A stretch of DNA of 64,000 nt from Acidimicrobiia bacterium (GTDB lineage: Bacteria; Actinomycetota; Acidimicrobiia; Spongiisociales; ZC4RG35). Position 1 is the stretch's first letter. Every line of letters starts with the position of its first letter. Location: NCBI GenBank assembly GCA_035304485.1, contig DATGPZ010000069.1:324-64323 (forward strand), in the 5' to 3' direction. The notes under the pieces are model-generated. The model searched no databases. It had not been told where the DNA came from and saw only the letters and a program-made list of their open reading frames with translations. This document shows positions 25,831-35,383 of this stretch, one piece after another. A program made the translations under genes and the position numbers.

Positions 25831-28014
25831 GTGGCGACATTGAGTCGGCTGGCGAAGGTCTCGGTCACCGAGATCCGGAGTCTGGGGGGCGGCAAGCGGG
25901 CCGCCGTCCTCGAGAAGGCCGGCATCACCACGGTGGCCGACCTGCTGATGCACGTTCCCCGCACCTACATCGACCGCACCGCCAGCCCACCGATCGCCTC
26001 GGCGGAGATCGGCGCCGAGGTCACGATCATCGGCAAGGTCTCCCGAGTCGACGAGCGCCGGCCCCGAAGAGGCCTGTTGATCGTCGAGGCGGTCGTCACC
26101 GACGGAACTTCCCGGTTGCGGGCGGTGTGGTTCAACCAGCCGTACCGCTCGAAGCAGTTGGCGCCCGGCATGGAGGTGGCGGTGTCGGGCAAGATCGAGT
26201 CCTTTCGGGGCCGGATCCAGATGAACAGTCCCGACGTGGACATCCTGGAGTCCACCAAGGAGGCACTGACGACCGGTCGCATCGTCCCGATCCATCCGGC
26301 TGTGGGCGAACTCAAGGCGGGACACATTCGACGGGCCGTGTTCAATGCACTGCGCCGCAGCCAGCCGATTCCCGATCCGGTCCCCGAGCGGATCCGGAAG
26401 GCAGCGGACGTCGAAGATCGGGCATGGGCTTTCGAGCGCGTCCACTTCCCGCAGACCCTCGAGGAGCCCCAGCGGGCCCGCCGCCGCCTCGCCTTCGACG
26501 AGTTCCTGCGTCTCGAACTGGCTCTCGCCATGCGCAAGGCGAGGACGGTCGCCGATTCCCACGGCATCGCTCACGCGCCCCCGGGCGAGCTGAGTGCCCG
26601 CTTCCGGGCAGGCCTCCCGTACGAGCTGACAAGCTCCCAGCGAAGAGTTCTCGATGAGATCACCCAGGATTTGAGTCGGCCTCACGCGATGCATCGCCTG
26701 CTCCAGGGTGAGGTGGGGTCCGGTAAGACGGTCGTGGCCGTCCTGACCTTGCTGACCGGTATCGAGGGCGGCTACCAAGGAGCCGTGATGGCTCCGACCG
26801 AGGTCCTGGCGGAACAGCACTACCTCGGGATCACCGGCCTCCTCGCAGATGCCGGACTGGCGCCGGAAGAGAAGGGGCCGGGCGCCGACCTCGGCATGGA
26901 ATCGCTCTTCGCTGCCGAGAGCGGGCATCCCGGCATCACCACCGCCCTCCTGACCGGAACCCGGGCCTTGCTCTCGGACCGCCCAGGTGCATCTCGATCC
27001 GAGGTCGCCGACGCCGTCCGATCGGGCACCGCCCAACTGGTGGTGGGAACCCACGCCTTGATCCAGGAGGGGGTCGAGTTCCATCGCTTGGGCATCGCGG
27101 TGGTGGACGAGCAGCACCGGTTCGGTGTGTCCCAACGCGTCAGCCTCAAAGACAAGGCATCCGGGGTGGATCCGGACCTGCTCATCATGACCGCCACCCC
27201 GATTCCTCGCACCCTGTCCATGACCCTCTACGGAGATCTGGACGTCTCGACGATCGACGAACTGCCGCCAGGTCGGACACCGATCGAAACCATCTTCGTG
27301 CCGTGGGCCGAGCAGGGGCGGGCATGGCGGCTGGTAGAGGAACAGGTGGCGGCGGGACGACAGGCTTTCGTCGTGTGCCCCCTGGTCGAGGACAGCGACA
27401 AGATCGAGGCAGCCTCGGCGAGCGCCGAGTTCGATCGACTCACCGGCGTCTTCGACGACGTCCGGCTCGGACTCATCCACGGCCAGCTTCCTCCGGCCGA
27501 CAAGGAGGCCGTGATGGCGGCGTTCCGAGCGGGCGAGATCGACGTGCTGGTGTCGACGACAGTGATCGAGGTCGGAATCGACGTCCCGAACGCCACGGTC
27601 ATGGTCATCGAAGACGCCGATCGCTTCGGTCTATCGCAGCTGCACCAGCTGCGGGGTCGTGTCGGCCGCGGGCGTCACCCCGGCACCTGCATTCTCATCG
27701 CCGACCCTTCCACGCCGGAAGGGGAGGAGCGGATGGCGGCGATGGTCAGGACGACCGACGGGTTCGAGCTCGCCCAGGTGGATCTGGAGCTGCGCGGGCA
27801 GGGGACGGTCTTCGATACCCGGCAATCGGGCATGGCGGACCTCCGACTGGCAGACATCCTCCGTGATCGCGACCTCTTGGAGGTCGCCCGCCGGGAGGCC
27901 TTCTCCCTGGTGGAGGCCGATCCGGAACTGCAGGGGCACCCGGATCTGGCCGAGGAGGTCGAGACCCTGCTGGGAGCGGACATGGACCGCTTCTTCGCAG
28001 AAGTCCGTGGCTGA
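25831..28014 (+). CDS. recG: ATP-dependent DNA helicase RecG
   Basis: OB wedge region, GEVGSGKT, DEQHRFG, QLRGRVGRG. GTG start 5 nt after the upstream stop; the upstream part of track ORF 25576..28014 is out-of-gene. Confidence 0.9.
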   Translation: MATLSRLAKVSVTEIRSLGGGKRAAVLEKAGITTVADLLMHVPRTYIDRTASPPIASAEIGAEVTIIGKVSRVDERRPRRGLLIVEAVVTDGTSRLRAVWFNQPYRSKQLAPGMEVAVSGKIESFRGRIQMNSPDVDILESTKEALTTGRIVPIHPAVGELKAGHIRRAVFNALRRSQPIPDPVPERIRKAADVEDRAWAFERVHFPQTLEEPQRARRRLAFDEFLRLELALAMRKARTVADSHGIAHAPPGELSARFRAGLPYELTSSQRRVLDEITQDLSRPHAMHRLLQGEVGSGKTVVAVLTLLTGIEGGYQGAVMAPTEVLAEQHYLGITGLLADAGLAPEEKGPGADLGMESLFAAESGHPGITTALLTGTRALLSDRPGASRSEVADAVRSGTAQLVVGTHALIQEGVEFHRLGIAVVDEQHRFGVSQRVSLKDKASGVDPDLLIMTATPIPRTLSMTLYGDLDVSTIDELPPGRTPIETIFVPWAEQGRAWRLVEEQVAAGRQAFVVCPLVEDSDKIEAASASAEFDRLTGVFDDVRLGLIHGQLPPADKEAVMAAFRAGEIDVLVSTTVIEVGIDVPNATVMVIEDADRFGLSQLHQLRGRVGRGRHPGTCILIADPSTPEGEERMAAMVRTTDGFELAQVDLELRGQGTVFDTRQSGMADLRLADILRDRDLLEVARREAFSLVEADPELQGHPDLAEEVETLLGADMDRFFAEVRG

Positions 28015-28015
28015 C

Positions 28016-28579
28016 TCAGGTCCGCTGGAAAGGGTCACGGCCGATGAAACCCAGGAGCTGGGCCTGGATGCCGGCGTCATCGGGCACGTCGACTCGGGGC
28101 CCGAACTGGCCCGAATCGCGCATCGCCGCCTCGAATGGGCGCATCCGGTCCAACACGCGCCGGCATCGCTGCGGATCCAGGGTCTCGTCCTGACCGGTCG
28201 CCCGCGCCAGGTCCCACGAGTGGAGGAAGACATCGACGGTGTATGCACCGTCGATGGCCGCTTCCACCGTCATCTCACCGAGGTGCGGAGACTCGAACTC
28301 CCTCCCCGCGGTGTCGGGATCCTCGAGCAGGTCCTGCACGGCCCGGGCGCGTGTCTCCCACGCCGCCACCGGGTCTGCGTCGACGGAGATCCCTATCGCG
28401 AGTTCGATACCGGCTCCCACAGACAAGAATCCGGGAAGCCAGTCCAGGAGGTGGCGCACCACATCTCGTGCGACCCAACCGTCGACCGGAGCTGGGGCGT
28501 CCCAACCTCCGGGAGGGACGCCCCTCACCAACCGGGTGAAGCCGGCCGCCACCAGGCGGTGCTCGTCGGCTGCTGCCAT
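28016..28579 (-). CDS. DinB/MDMPI-family protein (mycothiol-dependent maleylpyruvate-isomerase-like, TIGR03086-type)
   Basis: The last 187 aa of ORF 28016..28933-: MAAADEHRLVAAGFTRLVRGV...WDAPAPVDGWVARDVVRHL... Confidence 0.6.
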   Translation of the reverse strand: MAAADEHRLVAAGFTRLVRGVPPGGWDAPAPVDGWVARDVVRHLLDWLPGFLSVGAGIELAIGISVDADPVAAWETRARAVQDLLEDPDTAGREFESPHLGEMTVEAAIDGAYTVDVFLHSWDLARATGQDETLDPQRCRRVLDRMRPFEAAMRDSGQFGPRVDVPDDAGIQAQLLGFIGRDPFQRT

Positions 28580-29064
28580 CAGTCCTGTGCGAGGAGCTCG
28601 TCGAGCTTCTCGTAGCCCTCGATCACTCCGACTTCCATGCCGCTCTGGAGGATGGCGTCGCGCACCTCCATGGATTCCACCACGGACAAGGATCGCAGCC
28701 GGGTACGCCCACCCTCGAGCTCCTCGAGAGTCATGATCTCGAGGGAGACACCGTCGGGAGCGCCTTCCCATGTGAAGGTCTGGACCAGGCGCTCGTTTGG
28801 CCGAACCTCGTGGAACGAGCCGTAGAACGACGCCAGAGGCTCGCCATTCCGTGTGTTGGAATAGCGCCAGCTGCCCCCGGTTCTGGCATCCCAGTGCTCG
28901 ATCTGAGTCTCGACCGACCTCGGGCCGATCCACCGGGCGAACAGGTCCGGATCCGTCCAGGCTCGGAAGACCCGGTCGGGAGGAGCGTCGAACTCCCGGG
29001 TGATTTCGATCGTGGGGAGATCGGGGTTCGCCTCGATCTGGGTCTCGTGCTTTGCCAGCGTCAT
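28579..29064 (-). CDS. SRPBCC / Aha1-domain protein
   Basis: EITREFDAPPDRVFRAWTDPDLFARW..., 161 aa. This is the classical partner of ArsR-family regulators. Confidence 0.7.
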   Translation of the reverse strand: MTLAKHETQIEANPDLPTIEITREFDAPPDRVFRAWTDPDLFARWIGPRSVETQIEHWDARTGGSWRYSNTRNGEPLASFYGSFHEVRPNERLVQTFTWEGAPDGVSLEIMTLEELEGGRTRLRSLSVVESMEVRDAILQSGMEVGVIEGYEKLDELLAQD

Positions 29065-29432
29065 GACGCGGCTCCTTTCTGTTCCTGGGCCACGCCGTTC
29101 TCGGTCGTGGCCATCTGCTCCAGGACGGCGTCGAGTCGACGGAACCGTTCCTCCGCCGCTCGCCGATACCGTTCGATCCAACCGATCATCAGGTCCAGCA
29201 CCTCCGCTTCTAGGTGACATGGACGGCGCTGGGCCTCACGGCGCCGCGAGACCAGACCGGATTCCTCCAACACCCGGACGTGCTTCGAGATGGCTTGGAC
29301 CGTCATGTCGTGTGGCTCGGCCAGCTCGCCCACCGTCGCATCACCCCGAGTGAGACGGGCGACGATGCTGCGTCGTGTCGGATCTGCCAGGGCTGCGAAC
29401 CCCCGGTTGAGCTGTTCGTCTGGTGCCGTCAT
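29061..29432 (-). CDS. ArsR/SmtB-family transcriptional regulator
   Basis: ALADPTRRSIVARL...TVGELA...MTVQAISKHVRVLEESGLV winged HTH. Start at ATG 29432 is preferred because a near-consensus promoter sits inside the longer alternative (29468). Confidence 0.8.
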   Translation of the reverse strand: MTAPDEQLNRGFAALADPTRRSIVARLTRGDATVGELAEPHDMTVQAISKHVRVLEESGLVSRRREAQRRPCHLEAEVLDLMIGWIERYRRAAEERFRRLDAVLEQMATTENGVAQEQKGAAS

Positions 29433-29439
29433 GACAGCC

Positions 29440-29480
29440 ACCCTATGATCAACCAATCGGTTTGTCAACCAACTAGTTGA
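29440..29480 (-). promoter_or_regulatory. arsR promoter (TTGACA - 17 nt - TAGGGT, leaderless geometry) overlapped by a TCAACCAA repeat and palindrome
   Basis: Minus-sense TTGACA is at plus 29463-29468 and TAGGGT at plus 29440-29445, 7 nt before ATG 29432. TCAACCAA is at 29449-29456. The imperfect 16-bp palindrome TCAACCAACTAGTTGA is at 29465-29480. Confidence 0.5.
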
Positions 29481-29525
29481 ATAGGGTGGGGCAGTCGCCG
29501 GAGGTGCCCTTGGTAGCCTGCGGCC

Positions 29526-30083
29526 ATGCGCATCATCACCGGGGCGGCGAAGGGCAGGAGACTGCGGGCACCCGACACCGACCGGACCCGACCCGCCACC
29601 GATCGGGTGAGGGAAGCGGTGTTCTCAGCCATCGGGCCCTGGATCGAGGGGGCGGTGGTGCTGGATCTATACGCCGGCTCCGGCTCCTATGGGCTCGAGG
29701 CACTCAGCCGCGGAGCCGAGGCCGCCACGTTCGTGGAAGTGGGTGACGCCGCCCTCGCCGCCCTGCGCGCCAACGTGGAGGCCGTCGGTCTCGGCGGGGC
29801 GGTGGTGGCCAGTGACGTCGACTCCTTCCTCGCGCGCCCCGGTGACCGCATCTACCACCTCGTGTTCATCGATCCGCCGTGGGACCTCTCGACCGACGTG
29901 GTGGACCGGCAGTTGGAGGCGATAGATCCGATCCTGGCGGTCGAGGGAGAGGTGGTGGTGAGCCGCCGGGAAGGGGATCGTCCGCCACATCCCCCGGACG
30001 GTTGGCACGTTGCCACCGATCGGCGCTACGGAGACGCGAGAATCTACCGGTATCGCAAGGACTCGACGCGAGAAGGAACATGA
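29526..30083 (+). CDS. rsmD: 16S rRNA (guanine966-N2)-methyltransferase RsmD
   Basis: MRIITG..KGRRL..P...RPT.DRVREAVF, LDLYAGSG, FIDPPW. TAGCCT (29514-29519) lies 6 nt before the ATG. Confidence 0.85.
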   Translation: MRIITGAAKGRRLRAPDTDRTRPATDRVREAVFSAIGPWIEGAVVLDLYAGSGSYGLEALSRGAEAATFVEVGDAALAALRANVEAVGLGGAVVASDVDSFLARPGDRIYHLVFIDPPWDLSTDVVDRQLEAIDPILAVEGEVVVSRREGDRPPHPPDGWHVATDRRYGDARIYRYRKDSTREGT

Positions 30084-30547
30084 CTGCAGCCCTCTGCCCC
30101 GGGAGTTTCGACCCACCCACCAACGGACACATCGACGTGATCGAGCGGTGTCTGGCCGTCTTCGACCGCGTCGTGGTGGCCGTGGTGCGAAATCCCTCCA
30201 AGCAGCCGATGTTCTCTGCCGAGGAGCGCCTGGAGATGATCGCCAAGGCTTTTCCGGAGGGAGTCGAGATCCACACCTTCGACGGTCTGCTCGTCGACTT
30301 CGCCGCCGAGGTGGGGGTGGACGTCGTGGTGAAAGGCCTGCGAGCGGTGGGTGATTTCGACTATGAACTGCAGATGGCACAGATGAACCGCACCCTTACC
30401 GGCGTCGAGACGGTGTTCCTGCCCACCAATCCGGAATGGTCCTACCTCTCCTCGTCGTTGGTTCGCGAAGTTGCCAGACTGGGCGGCGAGTACCGGGGGC
30501 TGGTGCCTCCGCACGTCGCGGCGGCTCTCGAGGAGAGATTGCGATGA
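30080..30547 (+). CDS. coaD: Phosphopantetheine adenylyltransferase
   Basis: MTAALCPGSFDPPTNGHIDVIER...; ATGA overlap with rsmD. Confidence 0.9.
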   Translation: MTAALCPGSFDPPTNGHIDVIERCLAVFDRVVVAVVRNPSKQPMFSAEERLEMIAKAFPEGVEIHTFDGLLVDFAAEVGVDVVVKGLRAVGDFDYELQMAQMNRTLTGVETVFLPTNPEWSYLSSSLVREVARLGGEYRGLVPPHVAAALEERLR

Positions 30548-31155
30548 ACTACGACGACTACGACGACCCCCAGGACCCCTACCTCGAGGGCGAGCTCGAC
30601 GAGGCTCCCGCCGGATTGCAGAGCGACGATCATCTCGTGGACCAGGAGGCGGAGCTCCACGGCCCTCGTCCCCGGGCGTCGGTCGGGGAGCTGCAGGACA
30701 TCGTCGACGACCTCATCGCCCATCTCCACGAGGCCAAGACCATGCCGCTCTCGTCGAGCGTCCTCGTCGATCGCGAGCAGTTCCTCGTGATGCTGGAGAA
30801 GCTGCGCTCGGAACTGCCCGACGAGCTGCGGGCCGCGAGGTGGATGGTGAGGGAACGGGAGGCGTTCATCGCCCGAACCAACGAGAAGGCCCAGGAGATC
30901 ATCGAGAAGGCGAAGATCGAATCCAAGCGCCTCGTTTCCGAGTCGAACATCGTCGCCGAGGCGGTGGAGGAGGCCAACATCCTCGTCCGGCGCGCCGAGG
31001 GAGAGGCGAGGCGGCTGCGTCTGGAAGCAGAGGACGAGATCGAGCGCAGCCTCGAGAGGGTCGAGAACCTCCTGAGTGAGCTATTGGGCAAGGTCCACTT
31101 CTCCCGCGAGGAACTGCATCGAGCCCGACCCAAGCCCCCGGACGTACCGTTGTGA
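30544..31155 (+). CDS. Coiled-coil DivIVA-domain-like protein (SepIVA/Rv2927c-like by sequence character and position)
   Basis: Acidic N-terminus followed by a long heptad-rich helix (...REREAFIARTNEKAQEIIEKAKIESKRLVSE...). It sits between coaD and the yceD-like gene. The family call is from memory of synteny, not a search. Confidence 0.5.
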   Translation: MNYDDYDDPQDPYLEGELDEAPAGLQSDDHLVDQEAELHGPRPRASVGELQDIVDDLIAHLHEAKTMPLSSSVLVDREQFLVMLEKLRSELPDELRAARWMVREREAFIARTNEKAQEIIEKAKIESKRLVSESNIVAEAVEEANILVRRAEGEARRLRLEAEDEIERSLERVENLLSELLGKVHFSREELHRARPKPPDVPL

Positions 31156-31655
31156 GTACCGAGCTCCGTTACCAGGTGGCGGATCTGGTCGACCGCCCGG
31201 GCGAGCGCCGCCAGGTCGCGGGGAGCCTGCCCGTGGACCTCACTGTCGGAGAGGCGCGGGTGAAGGGTACCGCCCGGGTCGAGGTCGTCCTGGAGGGCAT
31301 CGACGACGGAGTCTTGGCCCGCTTCGAGGCGACGGCACCGGCGACCCTGCAGTGCACGCGTTGCCTTCTCGAATGGGACGGCGAGGTGGTCGCGGCGGCG
31401 GTCCAGGTGTTCGAGCCCGAGCCCGACGAGGACGGATACGCCCTGGGTGCCGACGACACCGTCGACCTGAGCGGCCCGGTCCGTGACGAGATCGCGCTGG
31501 CGGTTCCGATCCGTCCGCTGTGTAGGGACGACTGCCTAGGACTTTGCCCGACGTGCGGAACCGACTTGAATAGGGACCCCTGCGGTGGCCATGAGGAGCC
31601 GTCCCGTTCGCCCTTCGCCGCTCTGCAGGGAATGTTCGATTCCCCCGACCAATGA
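31152..31655 (+). CDS. YceD/DUF177 family protein
   Basis: CTRCL...CRDDCLGLCPTCGTDLN cysteine pattern, immediately upstream of rpmF. GTGA overlap with the previous gene. Confidence 0.8.
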   Translation: MSTELRYQVADLVDRPGERRQVAGSLPVDLTVGEARVKGTARVEVVLEGIDDGVLARFEATAPATLQCTRCLLEWDGEVVAAAVQVFEPEPDEDGYALGADDTVDLSGPVRDEIALAVPIRPLCRDDCLGLCPTCGTDLNRDPCGGHEEPSRSPFAALQGMFDSPDQ

Positions 31656-31674
31656 CGACGGAGGAGTGCTGCTC

Positions 31675-31851
31675 ATGGCGGTACCCAAGAAAAAGATGTC
31701 GCGCCGACGCACTCGTCAGCGCAAGGCGGCCTGGAAGGTGAGCCGTCCCACCATGTCCACCTGTCCGCAGTGCCGCGCCAAGAAACTTCCGCACCGCGCG
31801 TGCCCGAACTGCGGCCACTACAACGGCCGTGAGGTCCTGGAAGTCGACTGA
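31675..31851 (+). CDS. rpmF: 50S ribosomal protein L32
   Basis: MAVPKKKMSRRRTRQRKA...CPQCRAKKLPHRACPNCGHY. Confidence 0.95.
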   Translation: MAVPKKKMSRRRTRQRKAAWKVSRPTMSTCPQCRAKKLPHRACPNCGHYNGREVLEVD

Positions 31852-31874
31852 AGTCCCAATAGAAGGGTGACCCC

Positions 31875-32846
31875 TTGACCCGCATCGCCCTCGACGCCAT
31901 GGGAGGGGATCACGCCCCGGTCGAGACCGTCGCAGGAGCGGTGGCAGCGGCAGAGGCGGGGGTCGAGGTCGTCCTCGTCGGCGACGAGGTCCAGCTCAAG
32001 GCGGAGTTGTCCCGCCACGGCCAATCGTTGCCGATCATCCACGCGCCGGACGTCATCGACATGGGCGACGATCCGGCCCGAGCGTTGCGGGAAAAGCCCG
32101 ACGCCTCCGTGTCGGTGGCAGCCCGGGCCGTCCGCTCGGGGGAAGCCGATGGCTTCGTCTCGGCCGGTTCGACGGGCGCGGCGATGGCCGCGGCCACGAT
32201 CCTCATCGGCCGGATCCAAGGTGTGAAGCGTCCGGCACTCGCCTCGATCTGGCCGACTCCACCCAAACCCACGGTCGTGCTCGACTCGGGCGCCAATCCC
32301 GACGTGAAACCGATCCACCTCCTCCAATTCGGCTTGATGGGGGCCGTGGCGGCAGAGGTGTTCCTCGGGATCGACGACCCGCGCGTGGCTCTGCTTTCGA
32401 TTGGGGAGGAACGGGGGAAAGGCCGCGATCTGGAGCGCGCAGCTCACACGCTCCTCGGCGAATCGGGCCTTCGCTTCACGGGCAACGTCGAAGGTCGCGA
32501 CGTCGGCCGCGACAAGGCCGACGTCATCGTCACCGACGGCTTCACCGGAAACGTCTTCCTCAAGGCCGTGGAGGGCACCGCCCGTATGGTGGTTGGAATG
32601 GTGGGCGAAGCCATCGGCAACCTCGACGAATCGGGACGCGCCGAGGTGCGCCCGGTACTCGAGGAATTGCGGCGGCGTCTCGACCCCGAGACGTATGGAG
32701 GCGCCCATCTCTTGGGAGTCCAGGGGGTCGTCGTGATAGGCCACGGTTCGTCGAGTGCCCGGTCTGTCGCCAACGCGCTGCAGATGGCACGCGACGGGGC
32801 AGGGGCGGGATTGGTCGATCAGCTGGCCGAGAGGGTGAGCGGGTGA
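31875..32846 (+). CDS. plsX: Phosphate acyltransferase PlsX
   Basis: RIALDAMGGDHAP..., GFTGNVFLK; TTG start. Confidence 0.9.
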   Translation: MTRIALDAMGGDHAPVETVAGAVAAAEAGVEVVLVGDEVQLKAELSRHGQSLPIIHAPDVIDMGDDPARALREKPDASVSVAARAVRSGEADGFVSAGSTGAAMAAATILIGRIQGVKRPALASIWPTPPKPTVVLDSGANPDVKPIHLLQFGLMGAVAAEVFLGIDDPRVALLSIGEERGKGRDLERAAHTLLGESGLRFTGNVEGRDVGRDKADVIVTDGFTGNVFLKAVEGTARMVVGMVGEAIGNLDESGRAEVRPVLEELRRRLDPETYGGAHLLGVQGVVVIGHGSSSARSVANALQMARDGAGAGLVDQLAERVSG

Positions 32847-33523
32847 AGGACGTCTCCGAACTGGAAACGGCGCTCGGCCACACCTTCTCCGACCGCTCGA
32901 TCCTGAGAGAGGCGCTGACCCACAGCTCCTACGCGGCCGAGCATCCCGGATCGGGCCACTACGAACGGTTCGAGTTCCTGGGAGACGCCGTCCTGCAGCT
33001 GGCGGTCACCGAGTACTTGTTCGCCACCTACCCCGACCTGCCGGAGGGCGAGATGGCCAAGATCCGGGCCGCCTCTGTCTCCGGAGTGGAGTTGACCGCC
33101 GTCGCCCGGTCCTTGGGATTGGGCGATCACTTGCTGCTGGGTCGGGGTGAGGAGAGCTCAGGAGGCCGTGACAAGGACTCGATCCTGGCCGATGGCATGG
33201 AGGCCTTGCTGGCGGCGATCCACCTCGACGCGGGCTATCCCGTTGCCCGCGGGATCATCCTCGAGCTGTGGGAGGAGCGGATCAGGGCCAAGGCCTCCAA
33301 TCCCGGGAACCGGGACTACAAGACCCGGCTGCAGGAGCATCTGGCCCCCGATCAGGTGCGGCCCGAGTACATCGTCGAGGGAGCCGGTCCCGATCACGCC
33401 CGCACCTTCACCGCCCGGGTGATGATCGACGGCCGGGAACGGGGCCGGGGAGAGGGCAGATCGAAAAAGGAGGCCGAGCAGGCCGCCGCCCGAGATGCCC
33501 TCGAATCGCTCGGGGCCCGATAG
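32843..33523 (+). CDS. rnc: Ribonuclease III
   Basis: RNase III signature ERFEFLGDAVL and a C-terminal dsRBD (GEGRSKKEAEQAAA); GTGA overlap with plsX. Confidence 0.95.
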   Translation: MKDVSELETALGHTFSDRSILREALTHSSYAAEHPGSGHYERFEFLGDAVLQLAVTEYLFATYPDLPEGEMAKIRAASVSGVELTAVARSLGLGDHLLLGRGEESSGGRDKDSILADGMEALLAAIHLDAGYPVARGIILELWEERIRAKASNPGNRDYKTRLQEHLAPDQVRPEYIVEGAGPDHARTFTARVMIDGRERGRGEGRSKKEAEQAAARDALESLGAR

Positions 33524-34249
33524 TCAGCGGCTCTGCTTCTCGGCGAGCAGTTGGGTGAGGAACGACTCGTCGTCCAGATCTTCGCCGCCCCGCACCCGTG
33601 GCCGGAGGCGCCGGGCCAGGTCCGACGCCAGCCTTCCACGGGCGTCGCCGTCGAGCGCTCGCCGGCGCTCAACGAATCTCCGGACCAGGTCGAGCTCTTC
33701 CCGGCTGATCGCCGACGTGTCCCATCCGAGCGGTTCGGCGGCATCCGCCACCGATGAGGGTGGGGGCGGCTGTCGGTCACGGATCACCACCGTTCCGGCG
33801 ACGAGGTCGCCGAGCCTCTGGTTGCGGGCGGTGACGACGATCGCGAGGGCACCGACGGCGTAGGCGGCAGGCAGGAAGTCGATCAGCCGCATAAGGGTCC
33901 TCAGCGTCACCGCCGCCAGCGACAGCGGTGTCCCATCGACGGTGGTCACACGCAGCCCGAAGGCAGCCTTTCCCGGCGTACGTCCCGCGTTCAGGGCTTC
34001 GAAGAGCAGGTAGTAGCCGACCACCACCACGGCGATGATGAGCGTGCCGACTCCCACTGCGAACATCCCGAGGTCAGCTGGCACCACCGACCCGGCCAAG
34101 CTGAGGGCCAGCACTATCGCCAGGAGCACCACTCCCTGGATCAGGATGTCCACGGCGGCCGCGCCGAAGCGGGAGCCGAGGCCGGCCAGCGTCAGTTCCA
34201 GAGTGACACCCTCGGGGGTCTCGATCGTCAGGCGGTCGTCTAGTTCCAT
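33524..34249 (-). CDS. RDD-family membrane protein
   Basis: RFGAAAVDILIQ... RDD-type N-terminal region with 3 TM helices and a soluble Arg-rich C-terminus. Confidence 0.65.
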   Translation of the reverse strand: MELDDRLTIETPEGVTLELTLAGLGSRFGAAAVDILIQGVVLLAIVLALSLAGSVVPADLGMFAVGVGTLIIAVVVVGYYLLFEALNAGRTPGKAAFGLRVTTVDGTPLSLAAVTLRTLMRLIDFLPAAYAVGALAIVVTARNQRLGDLVAGTVVIRDRQPPPPSSVADAAEPLGWDTSAISREELDLVRRFVERRRALDGDARGRLASDLARRLRPRVRGGEDLDDESFLTQLLAEKQSR

Positions 34250-34318
34250 GCTCGTTGGTATGGCGTGCGGGGAGCGACTCCGTCAGCCTATCCCGCCCGG
34301 GATCTAGGCTGGCGGAGG

Positions 34319-35383
34319 ATGGATCGCCAGATCGGTGTCGAGGAGTTCGAAGAAGACCGCCGCCGGCGCTGGGAGGAACTGTCCGATCTCCTCGATGCCG
34401 CCGGTCGTCGACCCGAGAGACTGAATGGTGACCAGATCCTGCGGCTGGCCCGTCTCTACCGTGCCGCAGCGGCCGACTTGGTCGCGGCCCGCCGTCGATT
34501 CCCGACGAGTCCCGTGGTAGACCGGCTCGAAGTGCTCGTCCGACGGGCGCAGGGAGTGGTCTACGAACGATCGACCCGGCGAGGGAACCTGATCGACTTC
34601 TTCGCGGACCGGTACTGGGCGCTGCTGTGGGCGCGACGCCGCGTGGTCGGGCTGGCAGCCCTGGTCATGGTGCTGCCGGCTGTGTCGATGGGCATGTGGG
34701 CGTTGGCCGCGCCCGAGGTCGTGTCGGGGCTGGTGCCGCCTGAGTTCCTGTGGGTGACCGAGGCGGACACCACCGATCAGGGCATGGGGGCGGTGGGCCT
34801 GGCCGGGTTCTCGACATTCGTCCTCACCAACAACATCCGGGTCGCCCTCACTGCCTTCGTGGCGGGCATCACCTGGGGAATCGGCACTGCGCTCCTCGTC
34901 GCCTACAACGGCCTCTTGTTCGGCGGCCTGGTCGGGTTGGCGGCCGATGCGGGAAACCTCGAACTGCTGGGCGCCGCCACCCTCGCCCACGGGATCCTGG
35001 AGCTCTCCTGCATCGTGGTCGCGGGTGCCGCGGGCCTGAGCCTGGGAAATGCGATGTTGCGTCCTGGGCGCCGCACCCGACGCGAAGCCCTGTCCGTGGA
35101 AGGCCGCCAGGCCCTCCTCATCGCCGCCGGCACGGCCCCCTGGTTGGTGGTGGCCGGCCTGGTGGAGGGGTACGTCTCCCGGGTCGGGCTCGCCCTCGGG
35201 CCCACCGCCATCGTGGGGACGGTGCTGGGCGGAATCTATTGGGGCTTGTTCCTCTGGCGGGGACGCCGGTCGGTCAGCTACGCCTCAGAGACGAGCCCGC
35301 CGCTTGGCCTGCAGGTAAGCGGCGACGGCCTGCCGGGGCAGAGAGGCGGGGGCCGTGTCGATCACGTCCGCCCCGTAGGCTGA
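34319..35383 (+). CDS. SpoIIM-like / DUF95 integral membrane protein
   Basis: A soluble helical N-domain (...RLARLYRAAAADLVAARR...) followed by about 5 TM helices. GGAGG lies before ATG 34319. The last ~33 codons overlap the convergent DUF58 gene. Confidence 0.65.
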   Translation: MDRQIGVEEFEEDRRRRWEELSDLLDAAGRRPERLNGDQILRLARLYRAAAADLVAARRRFPTSPVVDRLEVLVRRAQGVVYERSTRRGNLIDFFADRYWALLWARRRVVGLAALVMVLPAVSMGMWALAAPEVVSGLVPPEFLWVTEADTTDQGMGAVGLAGFSTFVLTNNIRVALTAFVAGITWGIGTALLVAYNGLLFGGLVGLAADAGNLELLGAATLAHGILELSCIVVAGAAGLSLGNAMLRPGRRTRREALSVEGRQALLIAAGTAPWLVVAGLVEGYVSRVGLALGPTAIVGTVLGGIYWGLFLWRGRRSVSYASETSPPLGLQVSGDGLPGQRGGGRVDHVRPVG

